A DNA stretch of 64,000 nt, from the NCBI GenBank assembly GCA_965112735.1, contig OZ218951.1, positions 1,054,001 through 1,118,000 on the forward strand, given 5' to 3'. Each line of letters starts with the position of its first letter. Positions within the stretch are counted from its first letter, which is position 1. The notes below the pieces were generated by a model. It had not been told where the DNA came from. It saw nothing but the letters and a program-made list of their open reading frames with translations, and did no database searches. Position numbers and translations under genes: made by a program. Origin of the DNA: Phaeosaccion multiseriatum (lineage: Eukaryota; Protista; Ochrophyta, other classes). This document shows, piece by piece, positions 1-13,700 of this stretch.

Positions 1-584
1 GGCTGTGGGGCTGTTGGTGACCCTCGCATAGGCTCTGACACTGACGGCAATGGCGCTGTTACTGGAGGCGATGAGGCTGCTTCCACTCGTCCTGAGCTTC
101 TGTAGTCTCCGAAAGGGCTGTAGCTCGTCACGGGAGCAGTGGGTGCAGCTGGCGGCGGCATTGGCGCTGCTGGAGGGGATGATGAGGCTCCCATTCCTCC
201 CGGGCTGCCGCTGCGGTACGCCCCGCGGCCAAAGCTCTTGACCGGGGCACTGGGCGCAGCTGGTGGCGTCTGTCCTGCTCCTTGCTGGGCCTGGTAGCTG
301 CTGTCCGTGTTGCTCTGATGATTGGGGAAAGGGTGATGACGTGGGGAGGACGAGAGGTGGGGTGTGGTTGGGGAGAGGAGAGAGTGTGAGTGAAGCGGGC
401 CGGGGGGAGTGGCAAGGCAAGGAAGACGCACACAAAGCGCTCGAACCGCGGCAGTCTTGAAAACACTTTCCAAAAATCGAGGAGGATGTACGCTCACGAA
501 CACACACAACACAAGATAAACAAACGCACTCGGCATTCCATTCCCATCTGCTTCTTGCCGCTCTGGACACCAGACAAGCCACAG

Positions 585-624
<40 letters not shown>

Positions 625-1217
625 ACACACACACACACACACTCACTCACACACACAATCGCACACACTCACTCACACACACAATCGCACACACTCACTT
701 ACACACACAACAAAAAATGAGGATAAAACGTTCGATATATTATAGTCAAGAGAGAAAAGGAGGAGGTCGGTAGGTGCGCAGAGGCTCAACAGCGAAGTCT
801 CTCCCTCCTCCAACCTCATCCATCCACTGCCATCCATCCATCTCAGCGACTGCCGTCCCCACTAACCTTTTGCTGCTGCTGCGCGGCGTAAAGGGCCGCT
901 CCCTCAACACCGAAGCTTCCTCCTGTGCTGCTTGCGCCGCTGCCGCTGTCGCGGTTTGCTCCGTAAGGTGAGTAGCTCGTCATGGGCGCACTGGGAGGAG
1001 CTGGTGGTGCTTCTCTCCCAGACGGTGGTGCTGAAGCCACTCCTCCAGGAGGGCTGCTGCTGTTGCTCCCGCTGCGGTAGGCCCCGCGGCCGAAGCTCTT
1101 CACCTCTCCTGTGCTGCTTGCGTCGCTGCCGCCTATTACGCTGACTCCAACCGGAGTGAAGCTCACAGGCACTTGCGCTGACCCTTCCGGCGGCACGGGT
1201 ACTGACCGTGAGATGGA

Positions 1218-1255
<38 letters not shown>

Positions 1256-2917
1256 GGTAGGCGCCGAAGCGATCATACGTCCTTGCTCCTCCTCCTGAGC
1301 TCTCTGTCCTCTCTCCTGCGCTGCTTGGGGAGCCTCCGATGGCAGCAGAAGCGCTGCTCACAGGGGCAGTGTAGACTGATGGCGCTGGTGCGGCTGGGGC
1401 TGATGCCGATGCTGTGCGTGACGCCATGTACGCTGCAAAGCCCGTCAATGGGGCACTTTCTGCAGCTGCTGATGCCTCCCTAACAGGAGGTGTTGAGCCG
1501 CTGCTGCTGCTGCTGCCGCTGCTACTACTACTACTGCTGGTGCTGGTGCGATAGTCTCCGTAGCGGGCGTACGACTTTGCCCCTCCTCCTGTGCTGTGTT
1601 GGTAAGCTGCGATGGGAGGAGGAGGCGACGCTGATGCCACTACTCCAGGAGGGCTGCTGCTGCGGCTCTCGCTGCGGTATGCCCCGCGGCCGAAGCTCTT
1701 CGCCTCTCCTGTGCTCGGCGTTGGTTGCTGTGTGACACTTGCTGTCCGACGGCGGAGCTCTTCAAACGACCCTCTCCCTCCTCCTCCCCCTGCCACAGCA
1801 CCTCCACCGCTTGCTTGAGCTGCCTCGAGGCTCTTCCGGTACTCCGCGTAACTCATTGCAGCTCCCGAGGGCTCTGGTGCCGCTTGTCTCACAGGGGGTG
1901 GCGGCGGCGTCGTCAGTCCTCCTTGTTCGCTACCACGATAGTCTTGAAATCGGGAGAAACTCCTTCCTGACCCTTCCACTGGATGGGCCGCTGGTGCCGG
2001 GGGTGCCGCAGGAGGCCATGCGGAGGGTGCCATTCCTCCGGAGCTTCGAGGCTCCTCCTGCACACGCTGCACTACCGAATAGCTCCTTGCTGACATGGCC
2101 ACACCCCCTACGCTACTGAAGCCGCCAGAGCGACCCTGTCCGACCAGCTCAGCCTCGGCCTCACGAATCTCCTCTTGCACGTGTACCTCTCGCACCTCGC
2201 GCACTTGGGCATCCTTAATCTCTTCTTGGGCTGCCGATGGGTGCCCAACTCGTGCTGCCTTGGTCAGAAACTCCACGAGGGCAGGATTGCTCGTTGGTGG
2301 GGCTGGCGGGGACTGCGGCCCAGGTGTCAAAGCTTGTCTCACACGTGGTTTGTCCTTCTTGATCTTGACTCCTCCTACGTTGCTGCTGAGGAAATCTCCG
2401 AACGCTGCGAAGCTCTTGACGGGCACCTGCACGGGCGCAATGGTCTGTCTCACTTGTGCCGCTCCTGAAAGTCCTGCCTCCCTGGAGACCACCCTACTCG
2501 TTGCTGTGGCTGATGGTGACGATGGTGCCTCGAGGCTTGCGCCACTCGACGAAGCCCCCACCTGTGTGACTGCCTCCGAGAAGGGAGTAGCTGGTGGATC
2601 TGATGCAGGTGCGGACGCCTGGTTTACTGGTGAAGATGCTGTTTGGACCACTGGTGTTGGAGGAGGCGAATGCGACACAGTAGGCAAGGCGCTGCGGTAC
2701 GCCCCGCGACCGAAGCTCTTGGCCTCTCCTCCTGTGGCTGTGGCAGGCGAGATGCTCGACGCAGGAGCGGAAGGAGTTGATGCGGATGCCATAGGGCTGC
2801 TGCTGCTGCTGCTGCTGCTGCGGTACGCCCCGCGACCGAAGCTCTTGGCCTCTCCTCCTGTGGCTGTAGTAGGCGAGACGCTCGACGCAGGAGCAGGAGT
2901 TGATGCGGATGCCACGG

Positions 2918-2950
<33 letters not shown>

Positions 2951-4317
2951 GGTAGGCTCCGCGACCGAAGCTCTTGGCCTCTCCTCTCGCAGGCGAGACG
3001 CTAGACGCGGGAGCGGAGGGAGTTGGTGCGGATGCCACAGGGCTGCTGCTGCTGCTGCTGCCGCTGCGGTACGCCCCGCGACCGAAGCTCTTGGCCTCTC
3101 CTCCTGTGGCTGTGGCAGGCGAGATGCTCGACTCGGGAGCGGAAGGAGATGATGCGGATGCCACAGGGCTGCTGCTGCTGCTGCTGCTGCCGCTGCGGTA
3201 CGCCCCGCGACCGAAGCTCTTAATTTCTCCTACTGTGGCTCCGATAGGAGAAGAAGCGGTGTTGACAGGATCAGCGGGGGCTGGCGGTGCTGGTACCTCG
3301 TTCACTGGTGACGATCCCGTGAGCCCCGCTGGTGTCGGAGGAGACGCTTGCGAATCAGGCGCCTGCCTTGGCGAAGCCCTACCGAAGGGCGAGTAGCTCC
3401 TGGCCGCTGCCGGTGGTGGCTGTGCGGCTGTTGGTGGTCCAACTCCCGCTGGTGCTTGCGCCGTCTCGCCCACGCTGCTGGGCTTGGCCACGTAAGGGGA
3501 ATAGCTCCTTCCTGGCACGCCTGACGCCGGCTGTGTTGGGGGCGATGATTGGGGAAAGGGTGGTGGGGTGGGAGAGTTGAGTAAAAGAAACCTGGACAAG
3601 ATCGAAACAGGCGAGGTGTTCTGGCGAAGGAGGGGGTCGATATCGTATCGATATATATATACATATATATATAGAGAGAGGGGGGGGGGGGGGGCACACA
3701 CACACACACACGTACACACACTCGCGCCCAACATACAAGAAGGATAGAAAGCTCGATATCATGTCCAAGAGAGAGAGGAGGAGAGGGTTGGTAGGTGTTC
3801 AGAGGCTCAGTAGGTAAAGGAGGGAGGATGGATTGGGCTGGAGTCTACCCCCCCCCCCCCCCCCGAAGTTTTCATCCATCCACTGCCATCCATCCCCCTA
3901 TTTTTATACCACTGCCATCCCAACTAACCTTTTGCTGTTGCTGTATGGCGTGAAGAGCACCCCCCCCTCCTGTGTTGCTTGCGTCGCTGTTGCTGCCGCT
4001 GCGGTAGGACGAATAAGGCGAGTAGCTCGTTACGGGAGAACTGGCTACTCCTCCTCCTGCTGCTGCCTGGGTCCCAAGGCTGCCGCTGCGGTACGCCCCG
4101 ACGCCGAAGCTCTTGGCCTCTCCTCCTGTGGCTGTGGCAGGCGAGACGCTCGACGCAGGAGCGGAAGGAGTTGATGCGGATGCCACAGGGCTGCTGCTTC
4201 TGCTGCTGCTGCCGCTGCGGTACGCCCCGACGCCGAAGCTCTTGGCCTCTCCTCCTGTGGCTGTGGCAGGCGAGACGCTCGACGCAGGAGCGGGTGGAGT
4301 TGATGCGGATGCCATAG

Positions 4318-4350
<33 letters not shown>

Positions 4351-4835
4351 GGTACGCCCCGCGACCGAAGCTCTTGGCCTCTCCTCCTGTGGCTGTGGCA
4401 GGCGAGACGCTCGACGCAGGAGTAGAAGGAGTTGATGCGGATGCCATAGGGCTACTGCTGCTGCTGCTGCTGCTGCGGTACGCCCCGCGACCGAAGCTCT
4501 TGGCCTCTCCTCCTGTGGCTGTGGCAGGCGAGACGCTCGACGCAGGAGCAGAAGGAGTTGATGCGGATGCCATAGGGCTACTGCTGCTGCTGCTGCTGCC
4601 GCTGCGGTACGCCCCGCGACCGAAGCTCTTGGCCTCTCCTCCTGTGGCTGTGGCAGGCGAGACGCTCGACGCAGGAGCAGAAGGAGTTGATGCGGATGCC
4701 ATAGGGCTACTGCTGCTGCTGCTGCTGCCGCTGCGGTACGCCCCGCGACCGAAGCTCTTGGCCTCTCCTCCTGTGGCTGTGGCAGGCGAGACGCTCGACG
4801 CAGGAGCGGAAGGAGTTGATGCGGATGCCACGGGG

Positions 4836-4869
<34 letters not shown>

Positions 4870-6633
4870 GGTACGCCCCGCGACCGAAGCTCTTGGCCTC
4901 GCCTCCTGTAGCTCTGGCAGGGGAGACGCTCGACGCAGGAGCGGAATAAATTGATGCGGATGCCACAGGGCTGCTGCTGCTGCTGCTGCTGCTGCCGCTG
5001 CGGTACGCCCCGATGCCGTAGCTGCTCTTGGCCTCTCCTCCTGTGCTGTCTTGGTAAGCTCCGATAGGAGAAGAAGCGGTGTTGACAGGATCAGCGGGGG
5101 CTGGCGGTGCTGGTACCTCGTTCACTGGTGACGATGCCGTGAGCCCCGCTGGTGTCGGAGGAGACGCTTGCGATTCAGGCGCCTGCCTTGGCGAAGCCCT
5201 ACCGAAGGGCGAGTAGCTCTTGGCCGCTGCCGGTGGCTGTGGGGCTGCTGGTGACCCAACTCCCCCTGGTGCTTGCGCCGTCTCGCCCACGCTGCTGGGC
5301 TTGGCCACGTAAGGGGAATAGCTCCTTCCTGGCTCGCCTGACGCTGCCTGTGTTGGGGGCGATGATTGGGGGGGGGTGCTTGTGCTGTCACTCCACCCTG
5401 CCCTGCACCCTGCCCCACCTCGCTCACACTAACCACCATGGCTTGCTCTGACCCAGCACTGCTTCGGTAATCTCCAAATCGGGTGTATGTCTTTGCTCCC
5501 CCTCCTCCGCTGCCAACGCCGTAGTCACCGAAGCGACTGTAGCTCTTGGATGCCGGAGGAGAGACGGCTGCTTGGGCCGGAGACACCGCTGCTGTCGCTC
5601 CTCCTCCTCCTCCTCCCGCGGCTCCAGGGCTGCCACTACCGTAGGCCCCAACTCCATAGCTGCTCTTCGTATCTCCGCTGCTGCTGCTGCTGCTGCTGCT
5701 GCGGTAAGCCCCGACGCCATAGCTCTTCTTCGGTGCAGGGGACCACAAGGGTGGCACTGTTCGCGGCTCTCTCGTGGTGCCCTCCTGCGAATCTGATGAG
5801 AACCCTCTCACAGCCTCTGACGCTGCTGGTGTTGCTGGTGCTGGTGCTGGTGCTGGTGGTGAGCTGGTGCGGTAGGACGAGTATGGGGAGTAAGTCGTCA
5901 CGGGGGCACTGATTGTAGGTGGTGGTGGCAATTGCGATGCTGGAGGGGATGAGGATGCTACCCCTCCTGCAGGGCTGCCGCTGCGGTACGCCCCGCGGCC
6001 AAAGCTCTTGACTGGGGCACTGGGAGCAGCTGGTGGCGTCTGTCCTGCTCCTTGCTGGGCCTGGTAGCTGCTGTCCGTGTTGCTCTGATGATTGGGGAAA
6101 GGGTGATGACGTGGGGAGGACGAGAGGTGGGGTGTGGTTGGGGAGAGGAGAGAGAGTGTGAGTGAAGCGGGCCGGGGGGAGTGGCAAGGCAAGGATGACA
6201 TACACAAATGCGGCTCGACCTGAAGCAGTCTCGAAATCACTTTCCAAAAATCGAGAAGATGTAAGCACGCACGCACGCACGCACAAGATAAACAAAGCAC
6301 TCGGCATTCCATGTCCACCTCTGTTCCGTCCACTGCCATCCCCACTAACCTGTTGCTGCTGCTGGGCGGCGAGAGGGACATCTGCCCCAGCACCTACGCT
6401 TCCTCCTGCACTCGTTGCGTCGCTGCGGCTGTCGCGGTTTGCCCCGTAAGGAGAGGAGCTCGTCAAGGGGGCAGTGGGTGGTGGCAATGGCGCTGCTGGA
6501 GCCGATGATGATGCTGCTACAGGGCTGCTGCTGCGGTACGCCCCGCGACCGAAGCTCTTGGCCTCTCCTCCTGTGGCTGTGGCAGGAGTGACGCTCGACT
6601 CGGTAGCGGAGGGAGTTGATGGGTATGCCACTG

Positions 6634-6673
<40 letters not shown>

Positions 6674-6777
6674 GCTGCGGTACGCCCCGCGACCGAAGCT
6701 CTTGGCCTCTCCTCCTGTGGCTGTGGCAGGAGTGACGCTCGACTCGGTAGAGGAGGGAGTTGATGGGTATGCCACTG

Positions 6778-6814
<37 letters not shown>

Positions 6815-6919
6815 GCTGCGGTACGCCCCGCGACCGAAGCTCTTGGTCTCTCCTCCTGCGGCTGTGGCAGGCGAGACGCTCGACGCAGGAGCGGAAGGAG
6901 TTGATGCGGATGCCACAGG

Positions 6920-6961
<42 letters not shown>

Positions 6962-7750
6962 GCTGCGGTACGCCCCGCGACCGAAGCTCTTGGCCTCTCC
7001 TCCTGTGGCTGTGGCAGGCGAGACGCTCGATGCGGGAGCGGCAGGAGTTGATGCGGATGCCACGGGGCTGCTGCTGCTGCTGCTGCTGCGGTACGCCCCG
7101 CGACCGAAGCTCTTGGCCTCTCCTCCTGTGGCTGTGGCAGGGGAGACGCTCGACGCAGGAGCGGAATAAGTTGATGTGGACGCCACAGGGCTGCTGCTGC
7201 TGCTGCTGCTGCCGCTGCGGTACGCCCCGCGACCGAAGCTCTTAACTTCTCCTACTGTAGTTCCGATAGGAGAAGAAGCGGTGTTGACAGGATCAGCGGG
7301 GGCTGGCGGTGCTGGTACCTCGTTCACTGGTGACGATCCCGTGAGCCCCGCTGGTGTCGGAGGAGACGCTTGCGATTCAGGCGCCTGCCTTGGCGAAGCC
7401 CTACCGAAGGGCGAGTAGCTCTTGGCCGTTGCCGGTGGTTGTGCGGCTGCTGATGACCCTCGCATAGGCTCTGACACTGACGGCAATGGCGCTGTTACTG
7501 GAGGCGATGAGGCTGCTTCCACTCGTCCTGAGCTTCTGTAGTCTCCGAAAGGGCTGTAGCTCGTCACGGGAGCAGTGGGTGCAGCTGGCGGCGGCATTGG
7601 CGCTGCGGGAGCCGATGATGAGGCTCCCATTCCTCCCGGGCTGCCGCTGCGGTACGCCCCGCGGCCAAAGCTCTTGACTGGGGCACTGGGAGCAGCTGGT
7701 GGCGTCTGTCCTGCTCCTTGCTGGGCCTGGTAGCTGCTGTCCGTGTTGCT
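1..7750 (-). repeat. Coding tandem repeat of ~129 bp/43 aa (GGEAKSFGRGAYRS-polySer-PxASASTPSAPASSVSPATAT), nested in duplicated intron+exon modules
   Basis: The plus-strand core 'gcggtacgccccgcgaccgaagctcttggcctctcctcctgtggctgtggcaggcgagacgctcgac' recurs at ~125-145 bp spacing. I count 21 exact KSFGRGAYRS plus ~5 variants. Segments 1-470, 5970-6250 and 7440-7900 are related copies that include intronic sequence. Confidence 0.95.
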
Positions 7751-10700
7751 CTGATGATTGGGGAAAGGGTGATGACATGGGGAGGACGAGAGGTGGGGTG
7801 TGGTTGGGGAGAGGAGGGAGAGTGTGAGTGAAGCGGGCCGGGGGGAGTGGCAAGGTAAGGAGGACGCACACAAAGCGCTCGAACCGCGGCAGTTTTGAAG
7901 ACAGTAAGCACACACACACCACAAAAAATAACACAACAGCAGAAAAGACAACAACTCGGACAGTGTATCAAGGCAGGAAAGAAGGAAATCTGGCAGAGAA
8001 GGAGGCGGTGTAGAGGGAGGAGGGGTCGAGATGTAGAGGGAGGACGGGTCGAGATGTAGAGGGTGTGCGCACACACGCTCAACATGAATGAAAAGAACGA
8101 AAGTGTGTGCAAGAATCGGGGCAGGCAACGAGGTATCACACACGCACACGCACACACACACACGCGCGCACACACACACACGCGCACACATACACACACG
8201 CACACATATACACACGCACACATACAAACACACCTGCAACACAACAAGAAGGGTAAAACGCTCGATATCATGTCCAAAAGAGAGAGGAGGAGAGGGTTGG
8301 TAGGTGTTCAGAGGCTCAGTAGGGAAGGGAGGGAGGGGAGGGAGGGGGGGAGGAAGGGGCGAAGTCTCTCCCTCCTCCAAACCTAATACATCCATTGCCA
8401 TCCATCCACCTCATCCACTGCCATCCCCACTAACCTGTTGCTGCTGCTGTGCGGCGAGAGGGGCATCTGCCCCAGCACCTACGCTTCCTCCTGCACTCGT
8501 TGCGTCGCTGCTGCTGCTTGCGCTGGTTTTAACGGGGGTGTAGCTCACAGTCACTGGTACTGGCGGTATCGAGATGTTGCTGCTGGTGCTGCCGCTGCCT
8601 TTGCTGACGCTGATGCTGCCTTTGCTGGTGCTGGTGCTGCTGGTGCTGGTGCTGCTGGTGCTGCTGGTGCTGGTGCTGCTGGTGCTGCTGGTGCTGCTGC
8701 GATGATCACCGAATCGGGCGTAACTTTTTGCACCTACTCCTGTACTCTTTGCGCTTTCACCTCCGCTGGCAGGAGAAGTGCTAGTCACAGACGAAGCGGG
8801 GGCTGCCAGTACTGGTGCTGCTGGAGGCGATGAGGCTCCTGAGTAAGGTGAGTAAGACTTTGGCCCTGCTCCTGTGCTGCTTCCGCCGCTGTCGCTCTTC
8901 GTGCTGGCTCCAACAGGGGTGTAGCTGACAGTCACTGGTTCGGACTCTGCTGATGATACTGGCATGGACGCTGTCGAAACACTGCTGGTGCTGCTGCTGC
9001 TGGTGCTGGTGCTGGTGCTGCTGCTGCTGCTGCTACTGCGGTAGGATGAGTAAGGTGAATAGGTTGTGACGGGGGTACTGGGTGCCGCTGGAGGCACTGC
9101 TTCTCCGCCAGACGGTGTCGAGCTGCCGCCGCTGCTGCTACTGCTGCTGCTTCCACGGTAGTCACCGAAACGGGAGAAGCTCCTTGCTGGAGCCTCATTC
9201 CCGGCCGGTGGGGGATCTCGTGCGGCAGATGTTGATGCTGGGGCCTCACTCACTGCCGGCGGTGCCACTGGGGGTGCTTTCGCCCCTCCTCCTCCTCCTC
9301 CTCCACCGCCCCCGGTACTGTAGTCGCCGAAGCGACTGTAGCTCTTGTTGGCCGGAGGAGAGGCGGGTGCTTGGGCCTGGGCCACGGGAGGAGGGGCCTG
9401 GGCTGGAGGAGATACGGGCGCTGCTGTCTGGGCCTGAGCCACGGCTGGTCCTCCTCCTCCCCCCCCTCCTCCTCCTCCTCCACTACCACCACCAGCACCG
9501 CCGCCAACGCCGTAGTCACCGAAGCGACTGTAGCTCCTGGATGCCGGAGGAGAGGCGGGTGCTTGGGCCTGGGCTGCAGGAGAGGCGGGTGCTTGGGCCT
9601 GGGCCACTGGCGACGATGCCGGCGCCGCCTCTCTCACTGCTGTGAGCGAAGGCTGTGTCGAAGGCTGTATTGGCGTTGCTGTCGAAGCTGACACTTCGGT
9701 TACGGCGCCGCCGAAGGTTGACAATTTCCGGCGATCGGGCTCTTGCCCCCCCCGCTCCGTAACAGTTGCCACTGAAGCCACTCCTCCTCCTCCTCCTCCG
9801 GGTGGTTTGGTGCGATAGTCGTTGAATCTAGAGTAGCGATTTGCTGCATCCCCCCCTGCCGGTGCCGAAGCCGGTACCTGCGTGGTGGCTCCTCCGAAAG
9901 CAGGGTAGAGGTCGTGATCAAGCTCCGCATCCCGCATTGAAGACACACTCATGCTCCGGCCCTCCTCTCCTGCGCCTGGCACCGGCACTGGTGGTGAGGA
10001 GGCCACCTGGGTTGCTGCCCCGCCGAACGATGGGTAGTGTTGGAGATCCGGCTCTTCCCCTCCCCGCTCCGTCACAACTGCGGCAGCTCCTACATACTCC
10101 GCGTAGTCCGTGACAGGTGCCTGCTTCCTTATCGGTGGGGGTGTCGTCTGAGGAGAGGCCTCGACCTGTGTTGCTGCCCCACCGAAAGACGGGAAGATCT
10201 TCATGGGCTCAGAGGTAGTCGTCGAAGGCGGGGGAGGTGGCGGCTGGGGTGCTATGTCTCGAGGCTGTCTCGCTCCTCGTCCTCCGCCTCCTCCGAAGGC
10301 TGAGTAAGACCTCCCCGCCTGCGTCTCTTTCTCCCTCCCTATGTCAGGTGCCAGAGCTCCGTCAAGCCCGCCCACTTGCACTTGCAGTGCGACTCCTGCT
10401 GCTGGTGCTGACGGACGTCTTGGTGCTTCGTCTTCGTCGGTCACAATTGGCGCTGAAGCCGGCACCTGCGTGCCTGACCCACCAAAGGTTGGATAGAGCT
10501 GGCCAACATGCTCGCCCCCTTCCCCTCCCCGCCCTGTTCCAGCTACAGCGTCCCCACCATACTCGACTGCAATTGGTGACTGAGGAGAGGCCTTCATCTG
10601 CGTCGCTGCCCCCCCGAAAGAGGGGAAGATGTCATCGGTTGAAGGTGGTGGGGGAGGTGGCGGCTGGGGTACTGTGGCTTGTGGCGCAATCACCTCTCGT

Positions 10701-13700
10701 GGCCCTCCCTGTCCGAAGGCGGAGTATGACTTCCGTACCTGCGTCTCCTTCTCCCGCCCTGTCTCACGTGCAATATCACCGTCCATTCCACCCACATGAG
10801 CAATTCCTGCTGGTGCTGATTGACGTGTTGGTGGTTCGTCTTCGTCTTCGGTCACAATTGGAGCGGAAGTCGGCACCTGTGTGCCTGCCCCTCCGAAGGT
10901 TGGATAGTGCTCAAGGTCCAACTCTGCCCCACCTGGCCCTGTACCCTGCCCTGCCTCACTCGCACCAACGACAATCGCTTGCTCTGCTCCAGCGCTGCTT
11001 CGGTAGTCACCAAAGCGAGTGTAGGTCTTTGCTGAGGCTTGTGCTGTGGTTCCTGGAGAGCTAGCTGGCTCTATCACTGCTGGTGTCACTACTGCTGCCC
11101 TGTCATCGTCTCTGGAGGACGAATCGCTGCTTGCCAGTGGTGCCGATGGCTGTGGAGGGGGTGATGGTGGGGCAGAACCTCTGCCATAGAACTCGTAGGT
11201 TGCTGGGGGGGCCCTTGGCTCTGGCGCAGGTGCTGAAAGGCGCTGCGACTCTACATCCTGCCCTGAAGCAGCCCCATCATCTCCACTCGCCTGCCTCCCC
11301 CCCCGGCTGTTCAGGTAGTCTGCGTAGCTGGCAGGAGGCGCCGTGGGCTCCGCAGGCGCCGACGCTGGCTGGTCCGCCTTGGGCCCTCCTCGATCGAAAC
11401 GGGAGTAAGTCTTGACTGACGCTTGAGAGGCAGCTGGCTCTATCACTGCTGGTGTCACCACTGCTGCTCTGTCATCGTCTCTGGAGGACGAATCGCTGCT
11501 TGCCAGTGGTGCCGATGGCTGTGGAGGGGGTGATGGTGGGGAAGAGCCTCTACCATAATACTCGTAGGTTGCTGGAGGGGCCTTTGGCTCTTCTGGCGCG
11601 GGTGGTGAATGGCGATCATCGTCTCCTCCGCCCCGCCCTGACGCAGCCCCACCCCCTCCGCTCGCCTGCCTGCCCCCACGGCTGTTGATGTAATCCGCGT
11701 AGCTGGCAGGGGGCGCCGATGGCTCCGCAGGTGTCGACGTTGGCCGTGGTGAGGGCTCCACCTGTGGGCCTGCTCGAGCGAAAGGGGAATAACTCTTCGC
11801 TGCTCCTGGTGCTGGCTCGAACCCCACAACTGCTGCTGCTGCGCTGGCTCGAGGGGTCCACGGCTCTGTGTCGGGTGCTGAAAGGCGCTTCGACTCTACA
11901 TCCTGCCCTGAAGCAGCCCCACCATCTCCACTCGCCTGCCTTCCCCCCCGGCTGTTTAGGTAGTCTGCGTAGCTGGCAGGAGGTGCCGTGGGCTCCGCAG
12001 GCGCCGACGCTGGCTGGTCCGCCTTGGGCCCTCCTCGATCGAAACGGGAGTAAGTCTTGACTGACGCTTGAGAGGCAGCTGGCTCTATCACTGCTGGTGT
12101 CACTACTGCTGCCCTGTCATCGTCTCTGGAGGACGAATCGCTGCTTGCCAGCGGTGCCGATGGCTGTGGAGGGGGTGGTGGTGGGGAAGAACCTCTGCCA
12201 TAATACTCGTAGGTTGCTGGAGGGGCCCTTGGCTCTGGCTCGGGCGCTGAGCGGCCACCAACCTCTCCCCTTCCCCCTGAGCGGCTGTTGATGTAGTCCG
12301 CGTAGCTGGCAGGAGGTGCCGTTGGCTCAGCAGGTGTCGACGTTGGCCGTGGCGAGCCTCCCGCCTGTGCTCCACCGAAACGCGAGTACGACTTTGCCGC
12401 CTCTCTCACAGCCGGTGGTTGCGGCACTCCTCCATCGAGGGGGGCTGCCTCTCTCACCACGGGTGGTTGGGAAGAAGCCTCTCTCATAGGAGGATGCTCT
12501 GGTGGTTGGAAAGCGTCGTTCACAGGTACTTGCTCTGCCGGTTGAAACGCCTCGCTCACAGGAAGTGGTTCCGTGTCTTGTCCACCAAAGGGCTGGTAGG
12601 GTTGGCCATCACGCTGTCCCCCGCCCCGCCCTGAAGCAGCCCCAGCATCTCCGCTCGCTTCCCTCCCCCCTGCGCTGCTAAGATAGGCCTGATAGGCCGT
12701 TGGAGGATCCACCGGTGGCTGAGGAGGTGCCGCCGTTGGCTGTGGCGAGCCTCCCACCTGTGCTCCACCGAAACGCGAGTACGACTTTGCCGCCTCTCTC
12801 ACAGCCGGTGGTTGCGGCACTTCTCCATCGAAGGGGGTTGGCTCCCTCACTACTGGTGGTTGGAGAGAAGCCTCTCTCATAGGAAGATGCTCTGGTGGTT
12901 GGAAAGCATCGCGCCCAGCCGGTGTTTGCGTCTCTCCTCCATCGAAGGGGGTTGGCTCTCTCACCACGGGTGGTTGGGAAGAAGCCTCTCTCATAGGAAG
13001 ATGCTCTGGTGGTTGGAAAACGTCGTTCACAGCCGGTGTTTGCGTCTCTCCTCCATCGAGGGCGGCTGCCTCTCTCACCACGGGTGGTTGGGAAGAAGCC
13101 TCTCTCATAGGAAGATGCTCTGGTGGTTGGAAAGCGTCGTTCACAGGTACTTGCTCTGCCGGTTGGAACGCCTCGCTCACAGGAAGTGGTTCCGTGTCTT
13201 GTCCACCAAAGGGCTGGTAGGGTTGGCCATCACGCTGTCCCCCGCCCAGCCCTGAAGCAGCCCCAGCCTCTCCGCTCGCTGTTTGTTGTGGGGCAGTCCG
13301 TCCATACTCCGCTCCTCCTCCTCCTCCTCCTCCTTCTCCTCCGAAGGCCGAAACGCTTTTGCGCTGCTGAGGCTCTGCTGCATCTCCGCTCGCTTGTTGC
13401 ACCCCTGGTGCGGGTGGTGGTGGCACAGCCCTCACCGTCTCCCCCACCCGTGACCCCTCACCTCCTTGTTTGCTGAAGTCACCGAAGGCGGGTAAGCCCT
13501 TTCGCCGCGTCAGAGCATCCTCAGCATCAATCTTGACTTGCTCGGCGTCCGCGCTGCTCAGATAGTCTACCAATCCCTCCGTCGTGGGGGGTGGGGCGAT
13601 TTCTACTGAGGGTATGCCCCCTCCAAACGGCTGAGACCCAGGAGACGGATCTCCTCCGCTGCCGCTGCTACCATAGGCAGGGGTACCTGCCGTAGCTGCT

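Noticed and set aside
2095-7418. Plus-strand ORFs with poly-Leu/poly-Cys and RYAPRPKLLAS repeats
   Set aside because: Antisense shadows of the gene A repeat (AGC runs read as CTG/TGC). Splice signals and the leader support only the minus strand.
843-8401. Treating ORFs 843..3734, 3872..5308, 5122..6393 and 5636..8401 as separate genes
   Set aside because: The N-termini of three of them translate intronic (TG)n or pyrimidine tracts, and 3872..5308 starts at an internal GTG. Clean phase-0 splice sites join them into one gene.
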